64,000 nucleotides of DNA, from assembly GCF_009914755.1 (NCBI RefSeq), contig NC_060933.1. One strand, given 5' to 3'. Below are positions 52,080-64,000 of this stretch, in pieces. The notes under the pieces are model-generated. The model worked only from the letters and a program-made list of their open reading frames with translations, was not told the DNA's origin and searched no databases. The first letter of the stretch is position 1. Each line of letters opens with the position of its first letter. Origin of the DNA: the human T2T-CHM13v2.0 reference genome, Homo sapiens. The position numbers and the translations under genes were made by a program.

Positions 52080-52837
52080 TTTCTTTTTTTTTCTTTATTT
52101 TTATTTTATTTTATTTTATTATTATTATACTTTAAGTTTTAGGGTACATGTGCACAATGTGCAGGTTTGTTACTTATGTATACATGTGCCATGTTTGTGT
52201 GCTGCACACATTAACTTGTCATTTAGCATTAGGTGTATCTCCTAATGCTATCCCTCCCCTCTCCCCCCACCCCACAACAGTCCCCGGAGTGTGATGTTCC
52301 CCTTCCTGTGTCCATGTGTTCTCATTGTTCAGTTCCCACCTATGAGTGAGAACATGTGGTGTTTGGTTTTTTGTCCTTGCAATAGTTTGCTGAGAATGAT
52401 GGTTTCCAGTTTCATCCATGTCCCTACAAAGGACATGAACTCTTCATTTTTTATGGCTGCATAGTATTCCATGGTGTATATGTGCCACATTTTCTTAATC
52501 CAGCCTATCGTTGTTGGACATTTGGGTTGGTTCCAAGTCTTTGCTATTGTGAATAGTGCCACAATAAACATACGTGTGCATGTGTCTTTATAGCAGCATG
52601 ATTTATAATCCTTTGGGTATATACCCAGTAATGGGATGGCTGGGTCAAATGGTATTTCTAGTTCTAGATCCCTGAGGAATCGCCACACTGACTTCCACAA
52701 TGGTTGAACTAGTTTACAGTCCCACCAACAGTGTAAAAGTGTTCCTATTTCTCCACATCCTCTCCAGCACCTGTTTTTTCCTGACTTTTTAATGATCCCC
52801 ATTCTAACTGGTGTGAGATGGTATCTCATTGTGGTTT
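52080..52837 (-). mobile_element. 5'-truncated L1PA (L1PA3-like) 3' end
   Basis: Near-identical to the 3' end of the 29.5-35.7 kb L1; ORF 52329..52913 encodes the ORF2 C-terminus. Confidence 0.93.
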
Positions 52838-53145
<308 letters not shown>

Positions 53146-53181
53146 TCCAGTGGCACTTTCTAACAAGCATTGCTTGTTTCA

Positions 53182-53520
<339 letters not shown>

Positions 53521-54018
53521 TCATTGCATAATATCCAGTTGCCCTTGCTACAATATCATTTCCGTAAGGGTCATTTTTCTGTTTCATTTTTTACTTGTTA
53601 GAGGCTCTAAATTGTAGTTCTTTTTTTAAATAACACAACTTTATTAAGGATAAAATTTGCATGCCATATGGTTCCCCCAGGTAGGTATATGATTCAATAA
53701 TGTTTCATAAATTTACTAACCATCACACAATCCAGTTTTAGAACACACACAGTTTTAAATAATTTCCATCATTCCAATAAGATCCCTCATGCCCTCCTAT
53801 AGTTAATCTCCATTCTACCCCATCCCCAAACAACCACTCATTCCTTTCTGTTTCTATAAATTTGCCTGTTCTGGACATTTCATATAAATGGAGTCATACA
53901 ACATGCAGTGTTTTGTATCTGGCTTAGGATGATGATGATTTTTTTTTTTTGAGGTTTATCCACATTGTAGCCTCAATCACTATCCCTTTCACTCTTTTTA
54001 ATGCTGAATAATATTTCA

Positions 54019-54931
<913 letters not shown>

Positions 54932-55599
54932 CTTTTTTTTTTTTTGTTCCTTCACAAGTTGATGGATTTTGAGGTTGTTTCTACCTTCTGGCAGTAAGTA
55001 TTCTTGCTATGAATAGTTGCTGCTTTGGATAGTCACATGTAAGCCTTTGTGTGGACGTAGGTCTTCCTTTGTCTTGGGATTGTACCTAGGAGTAGAATTG
55101 CTGGGTCATATGGTAAATCTGGGTTTAACTTTTTAAAAAGCTGTCAGACTCTTTTCCAAAGCATCTACACCACTTTACACCTCACCAACAATGAATGAGG
55201 CTTCCAAGTTTTCTACATCCTAGCCAACACTTACTACTGTCCATCTTTTGATTATAACCATCCTAGTGGGTGTGGAGTCGTATGTCATTGTGGTTTTGGT
55301 TTGCATTCTCCTGGTGGCTAACGACACTGAGTTATTTTCATGTGCTTATTGGCTATTTGTATGCAGTTAATTTTTAATGGCTTGATTTCCTTTTTTGCCA
55401 TAGTTTGTTCAATTATTAAATTGAAGCACTCTCTCATTGCAGCTGCCCAGTCAGTGTTTTCTGAGTGAGGGACCCTCTTCTTGACTGTGGCAGGAGGGTG
55501 CACTCAACTCACACTTCCCCTTTAAGATCACTGCCCTCTCCACCACTACGTCCCTCTGCAGGGGTTGCATCAATCTCTCTTCTTTCTATTTCTTTTCTT

Positions 55600-55910
55600 T
55601 CTCTCACTCTTTTATTTATTTCTTTCTTTCTTTTAGACAGGGTCTCGCTATGTCACCCAGGCTGGAGCACAGTGTGATCATGGCTTACTGCAGCCTCAAC
55701 CTCCCAGGCCCAAGCAATCCTCCTACCTTAGCCTCCTGTGTAGCTGGGACTATAGGCGTGCAGCACCACACTTGGCTAAATTTTTATTTTTTGTAGAGAA
55801 GGAGGACTCCCTATGTTGCCCAGGCCAATCTTAAACTCCTGTGCTCAAGTGATCCTCGTTCCTCAGCCTCCCAAAGTGTGAGATTACAGGTGTAAGCCAT
55901 CACACCCAGC
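55600..55910 (-). mobile_element. AluJ
   Basis: Full dimer. Confidence 0.92.
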
Positions 55911-55984
55911 GATTATCTCTCTTTTCTATTTTCCCTTCACATCTTAGCCTTTTTTCTTTAATTTTTTTATTAGCCTAATCAATG

Positions 55985-56200
55985 CTATTTTTTATTGTGG
56001 TAAAACAGATATAACATTTACCATTTTAAGCACTTTTAAAGGGTACCCGTCTGTGGCGTTAGGTACATTCAAAGTGTTCTGTAACCATCATCGTCATCCA
56101 TCCTTCTCCAGAACTTTTTCAACATCTTCTTCAACCAAAACTCTCTACCCATTAAATACCAGCCCCCCATTCTCTCCTACTCCAGCTCCTGTCAACCACC
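55985..56200 (-). mobile_element. L1MB-like 3' end fragment
   Basis: tttaccattttaagc...ggtacattc...ctccagaactttttc motif. Confidence 0.65.
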
Positions 56201-56293
56201 TAAATGTTGCATTTTACACCTAAAATGTATTACTATTTAATTGCCTTCTCAAAGGGATTTTTAATACATTATGTTAATAGTAAAAAGCCAGTA

Positions 56294-56619
<326 letters not shown>

Positions 56620-57934
56620 TCAGAAATAAAGTAGGAAGCTGCTACAAGCTAGATTTTTAAAGATATTGCTGGTTACAAAAGTTCCTTTCTTCTGTGGCGT
56701 GAACTGTCCAGGACCCTCATACTGGAAATGTCTTGGCCTTATCCAGCTGGTGCCTTGCTGCAAGTCCCAAATCACACCTGCTTGGCTGTGCATCATTTTC
56801 TTGAATTTTGTTTATCCAACGACTGGATAAAATGACATCAAGTAATCCATGTTAAAGAAGTATCTCTAGGATAAAAATTTTGTGATTTGGCTGTCATTTC
56901 CATCAAATACACCAACTAAATCGTAGATGCTCTCTTTATCTTGCCCTCTTGTCCATATATACTAAGACTAAAAACTAAGTGTTTGCAAAAAAGAATACAA
57001 AAAATTTTAGCACAGCAGAATTTTCCTCAGAATGAAGTCTGGTATTCTTATTTACATGTTCAATATTTCTCATTTATGCTTGAACAAGAAACAAGGTTGG
57101 TAGCCCTTAGGCAAACTAGAGATTCTGGCTGTAAAACCGTTTGAAAAGGGTACATTTCTATTCAAGGACATGGGAAAGCCACATTTAAAAAAGGATGTTG
57201 CTTCTCTACACGTAAAACTTGTTGGAAGACAGATTATCCTCCTAGAAGAGCAGATGTTCTCTATTACAAAAGAGGAAAAGCATTTAGACTCTTCCGGTGG
57301 TGAATAGAGGCCACAGGTTACAGCTTTCTTTGGCCTTTGCTTTTAAAAAAACATTCTGCTGAAGGCCTTTTGTTGCCAGTGGTGTCCAGCCGGTTGCCCT
57401 TTGTATTTGATGATGACGACATTGAAAGGATTGTTTTGTGCAGGGACTCTGGACAAAAAAGAGACATTTGGGACAGAAAACCTTTCTACATTGTGTATAT
57501 ACATAAAGATCGCTCTAAATTTGGTTCCTTGCCAAAGGAAATATTTTCGAAGATTTTTTAAAAATCCTTGAAACTATTCAGGGTAGTGGATCTCAGAGGG
57601 GGTTTGGCATTGGTGAGTAGGAGGCATATCGGTACTATATGGGTCAGTTTTTATAATACATGTCTTTGAGAATCATTGTCTTGAATTTTCTTTAAAATGA
57701 ATATGAAGAGCTCTGTTGTAAACTGTAATAAACTATATTATTAATGGTTATTTATTGTTCCTGTGTGCTACTCCCTATTTGTCAAATAAAATAAATGTGA
57801 AAGAAATGAAGTCACAACCATTGACAGCTTTCAATAATCTATGTGTAGATAAGGAATATTCGTGGCAAGTGAATAATCTCAGGTACCTTCTTCTTTGCCG
57901 TTTTATTTCTTCGCTGTGTTCTCTTGCCAACAAT

Positions 57935-58135
57935 AATAGCTAACATGGGTTGAACGTTTGCTTTGAGCTGAGTACTGTGCTACACATACACCATCTCGTG
58001 TAATCCTCCAGATGACTCTGCTAAGGAGAAACTGTTATTAATCCCATTCTACAGATGTGGTGGCTGTGGCACAGTAAAGTAACTTACCCAAGATCTCAAA
58101 GTGAGTGTGTGGTGGAGCCAAGCTTTGAACCCAGA
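57935..58135 (-). mobile_element. MIR
   Basis: cccattctacagatg...aagtaacttacccaagatc. Confidence 0.75.
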
Positions 58136-58231
58136 TGGAAGGACACTTTGTAGCCTCTCTGTTTGGGTTTTAATAAGTGCAGGTTTATTTTTTTTTAATT
58201 AGCTAAAGCAGGGGAGCTCCAATGACAGGGC

Positions 58232-58387
58232 AAGGGTAGCTTAGCCAGATAAAATATTAGATGTCCAGTTCGATTTGAATTAAATTGCATGGGACATACT
58301 TATATTAAAAAATTATTTGTTGTTTACCTAAAATTCAGATTTTACTGGGTGTTCTGTATTTTTATTTGCCAAGTCCAGTGGCCCTAG
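58232..58387. mobile_element. MER53-like palindromic DNA transposon
   Basis: gggtagc...cagataaaata...tatttttatttgc...gcccta. Confidence 0.6.
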
Positions 58388-59537
58388 GCAAGAGGAGTGT
58401 TGCAAAGGAAATGAAGGGAACCGCGTAATGTGTTTTGATTATTGTCCTTTGGGATTATTTGTGGTTTTGGGTTCTTTTTGAAAAAAAAAAAAAAAGACTT
58501 TTTTCATTTTAAACATGACAATGTATTTTATTAAGCTTTAAACCAGACAGATGTATATTTTAAGGACTTGTAATATGCTGATAACCTATCAAGGGACATC
58601 CCTTGATATGCTTCTTTGCTAGGAATCCAAATCTGATCCATGCCAAGATTTGTACCTCATTGGTTTCTCTATGAAGTGAAACTATGAGAAACACTACCCT
58701 CTATTTGTTTGTTTGATTGTTTTTTCTTTTGAACAACAGCAACAACAAAAACCCTTTACCTCAATCTGGGTATATCATGACTTTTTGGAAGCCTTATTCT
58801 AGGATCTTCTTTTTAGTTGGGATATCAGTGTTAGCCTAATTTCATTTTCTGCAGATAGCTTCATCATCCCAATTTTTAAAATGTTGATGAAATACTCTTG
58901 TGCTTTTATCAACTCCTACTTGGTAAAATCCCCTATCTCTGAGTGGTCACCCTAAAATACATGACATGGGCATGGATATTCCCAGCAAAAGTTCTGACAC
59001 ATTCACAAATGCTTCCTGAGGACATCTGTCTGTTTCCTTCTATGCACATTTTGAACATTCCAGCAGTGAGAATGACTAATGATGCTAAAGCTCTAGAAAC
59101 TGTCACGTGTTGCTGTTCAGTATGTCAGAGCCTGTCTGCAGATAAGCCTCATTTCTTAAGAATAATCTGTCCCAATCAAGCTAGTTTTGCAACAAGGCTC
59201 ATTTGCAAGTACCAAAGTCTATGACTTGTGAAAGAACCAAGCCACGCAAACCAAACACAGAACCCAGTGACAGAAACTATTGGTCTTTAGTGCGACTGGA
59301 AGGTAGCCAACCTGGTTCCCATTTAGGCAGGGAACCAGTTTGTCTCTCCAGTTAATGTCTGAATAAATTACCATTCATGTCCCTGAGGGTTTGGAATGAT
59401 TGCAAATTATTTCTGAAATCCTGGGTAGAACTCATGTGGCCACTTACGATAAGCCTTGTCCTTCTGCAACTGGTCAGGTATCAGAGAGGTCTCATAAATC
59501 AAGATTGTAGTTATCAGGAAAAGTTGTTGGATTCATA

Positions 59538-60118
59538 GAGTAGGGGCCAAGGGAAAACTTTCCCTTTGCCCTCTGAAATTTCGTTGAAAAATCAATTGAC
59601 ACTAGACAGATTAACGGGAGAAATGGCATAGAAGTTTACTAATGTGCAAAGAGAGAAAATTACACACAATGGGGTACAGATGGTTATATACCCTTCTTCT
59701 TAGAGGAAACGGAGATAGGAAGTGTGGAGATAGGAAGTGGGGGGAAGGGCAGTAAATGATTTTTACTTGAAGAACCAACAGTGACCTGGGACAAAGTCTG
59801 TTGGGCCCACAGAACAGACAACAATTTGTGACAGAAGTCTGTTCAGATGTGTTGACAGACTTCATTCAGTCTTTCTTCCTGCTATATGAGTTGCTAATGG
59901 CAACTCAAGGAAGAGACCAGAAGTAATTGTTTTCTTCTCTGGAGGGTAAGATTTTAGGTAGATAAGGGAACTTCACAGAACCATTTCATCCTGTGCGTAG
60001 GGGAGAGACAGAAGATTGAGAGACAGGAGTGAGGGGAGGTCAGAGAGACCTTGAGCCTTCTTCAGGTTCAGAATATCAAAGCATCATATTTGGGGATATA
60101 GGTTTCTGAGCCCTAACA
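59538..60118 (-). mobile_element. ERV1 MER4-group solo LTR related to the 37.2-37.8 kb copy
   Basis: Shared blocks: tttccctttgccctctgaa, gaaaaatcaa, ttctgagccctaaca. Confidence 0.75.
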
Positions 60119-60590
60119 ATGGGAAGAATGATCTTTCTGTATCATATGAATACTGAAGATTGTTGAAGTGAGCATCTAGTGCTCCTATCTCGATAAATTA
60201 TCCAATGCCTTTCCCATCTCTTTCTCCTACCCATTCTCTAGTGGCCTGCCCCCTTGCCCTTTTTATTGTAGTGAAAACTTAGTAGTAAAAAATACACTTG
60301 GTAAAAATCATGACATCATGTAAATTGTATGTAAAAAGATGACATGCTCATACAAGATGCTTGATTCATTGCCTAGCAGAGCAGGCCACTGGTAGGTCTG
60401 CATACCACGAGCTGGTCTGTTTCGAGGTCACTTATGCTTACTATCATTGCAACAACTACTTCTTCCTCAGAAATTAGTCAGTGGAGATGTGACATTTATT
60501 TTATCTCAGAATTTTTATGTCTGTTTCTGAAAAGAAAAAGGTACCAGCAGCTGCAGTTCCCACTCCGTCTCCCAAAGGGATCTGGGCTAG

Positions 60591-60962
<372 letters not shown>

Positions 60963-61034
60963 AGAGTGTGAGTTTTGATCTCCAACAGTATGCATTTTCT
61001 AGTGAAATTCGGTTTAATAAAATGAATAATGAGA

Positions 61035-61240
61035 TAATAGCTAACATATATTGAGAACTTCCCATGTGTCAGGTAGTGCTCTGGGTGTTTAGGGTATTCT
61101 ATTATTTAATTCTTACCACAACCCTATGAGGTGGGTACTAGGATATCTCCAGTTTACAGAGAAAACAAGGTGCAGAGAGATTAAGTAACTTGTCTAAGGT
61201 CACACAGACAAGGAGTGCTGGAGCCTAGGTCTAAGCCAGA
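61035..61240 (-). mobile_element. MIR
   Basis: accctatgaggtggg...ttaagtaacttgtctaaggtcac. Confidence 0.75.
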
Positions 61241-61807
61241 CAGCACTAGATCTTCATGACTTTGTCACAGTGCTTCACCTTGGAGAATAATGAGATGATG
61301 CTGGTATGTAGACATGCTAAGGAGGTCTTCCTTGCCTCACAGTCCTGATCAATATGGAGGCTTTTATGTAGTTCTGTTTGCGTTCATTCTTCCAATGCAA
61401 AGCTGGAGTTTACCTAGTGGGATAAGATTTGATTTTCATCCTTGAGAATGAGTTGTTCTTCAGGCTGGCCCATGAGTCTTCATCCTGTCAGCATTCTGAT
61501 TACATTTCTCATTATCATTCTCCTGCAGTGATTCATGAGTATGATAAAACCGAACAGCCTTCTCAGTAAATAAGCAAAGCTTAGCTTACGGGGAAAAAAA
61601 AAAAAAAAAAAAGTAGAGCTTTCCTTGAATCTGGAGAAATTAAGCACACAGGTGTCCTGCAATATTAGTTAAGAGACTACTGCACCCATCATACTGTAGC
61701 TTAAGACAGTTTCTTCTTTTAGTTTTTTCTAAAATGTCTCCATGTCTGTGTTATGCCACAAATAACACAGCCTTGGTTAACTTTTGGACTAAAAAAAATC
61801 AACTTAT

Positions 61808-62482
<675 letters not shown>

Positions 62483-62964
62483 TATTGAATGTCGTATTAT
62501 ATGTAGCATACCATATTTAAGCAGGGTCAAATTTTTGGTCTGACTTTTCAAATTAATGTGAATAAGTCACTTTGAAATTTTGGAGACAAAACCTTATTTA
62601 AGTTGAGAAATAGACAAACATTCATCCACTAAGAATTATTCTTTTTATTATTTTTAGTGTGTTTGAGTTGGTTCTTGCAAAGAAAATATAAACAAATCCC
62701 AAATATGAAAAAGTTTCTAAGTTTATATTAAGTGTATCCCATGAGTGACACAGGAAAATCCCTTTTAAGAGAAATGGTATTGCAAAAGACACAGCAAATC
62801 TTTTTCTCTTTTAAATAAAAATATGCATTCTGTGTCTAAGCATTTTCCAAACCTTTCTCCTTTGTGTGGCTTTTACTAAACCTTCAATCCTATAACAGTC
62901 ATTGACTTCTTCCTACTTTCTTTTCCTCTCTTTCCTTCTCTCCCTTCACTCCCTTTCTTTTTCC

Positions 62965-63180
62965 CAGTGTTTACTGTGGGCTAGGCACTGTGTTAAACAC
63001 TTTACCTGCATTTCTCTCTTTAACACTCAAAATGACACCATGAGATAGGTACCATTTTTTGTCCCATTGTGCAGATGAAGAAATCAACACTTTGAGAAGG
63101 TAAAGACTTTATAAGGTCACAAATTCTGGAAGAGCAGAGTCAGAATTCAATTCCAGGTTTGTCATATTTCAGAGCCCACA
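62965..63180 (-). mobile_element. MIR
   Basis: cccattgtgcagatgaagaaa core. Confidence 0.65.
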
Positions 63181-63379
63181 GTTTATTGCTTTCTGTGTAA
63201 TGAGTAAATATTTCTTTTAGAATCAAAAAATATTTTAATTAAAATGTAATGACAGGAAAATAGTTTTGATCCTGGGAGCAAGAATTAGTCAAGAATGGAC
63301 CTGATCTAAGACCACTGTAGTTTTTTGGACAGGCTATGAGCCAGTGGACTGGCACAGATGAATACAAATAACACATAGC

Positions 63380-63590
63380 TAATACTAATTGAGAATCTAA
63401 AAGGTGTATTCTGTGGCCTTTATAAGCATGAACTTATCCAATGAGTTCCATGAACTCATGATATAGATACTATACACTTGTTCTTATTTTAAAGACTAGG
63501 AATCTGAGGCACAGGGAGATAAAGTAACCTATGGAAGGTCCTGCTCAGAATCAGTGGAAGAATGAGGATTCTGCCTTCATTCCTAGCATT
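63380..63590 (-). mobile_element. MIR
   Basis: ctgaggcacagggagataaagtaac. Confidence 0.6.
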
Positions 63591-63669
63591 CTTCATGTGG
63601 TTAGCATAGTCCCCTAACCACAGTGCCAGGGCACCTCTTGCCTGTGATCCCTAAGTGCTCTTCTGCAGG

Positions 63670-63985
<316 letters not shown>

Positions 63986-64000
63986 TCTTTTGCATGTTTC

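Overview
Primate (most likely human) genomic DNA, largely intronic and repeat-dense: about 37 Alu copies, MIR/L2 relics, MaLR/ERV solo LTRs, MER DNA transposons, three 3'-end L1 fragments and one full-length, ORF-disrupted L1PA4-like element (about 29535-35700, minus strand). The only well-supported host coding sequence is an 86-nt + strand exon (45486-45571, [29 protein letters not shown]). I recall this peptide as the linker exon of PALM2AKAP2 (9q31.3) but could not verify it by search. The window also holds a processed RPL21 pseudogene and a tailless 5S rRNA retro-fragment. I see no new protein-coding system. The most interesting signals are candidate alternative transcript inputs into that exon. 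One is the L1 antisense promoter, with an intact, extended ORF0 whose splice donors are frame-compatible. The other is an ATG-ORF-donor unit downstream of a sense THE1 LTR. Other notable signals are a triple CArG box, a near-perfect 39-bp hairpin inside an ancient LTR, a PRDM9-type motif in THE1, and several nested insertions. Repeat boundaries are approximate and subfamily calls are by eye.
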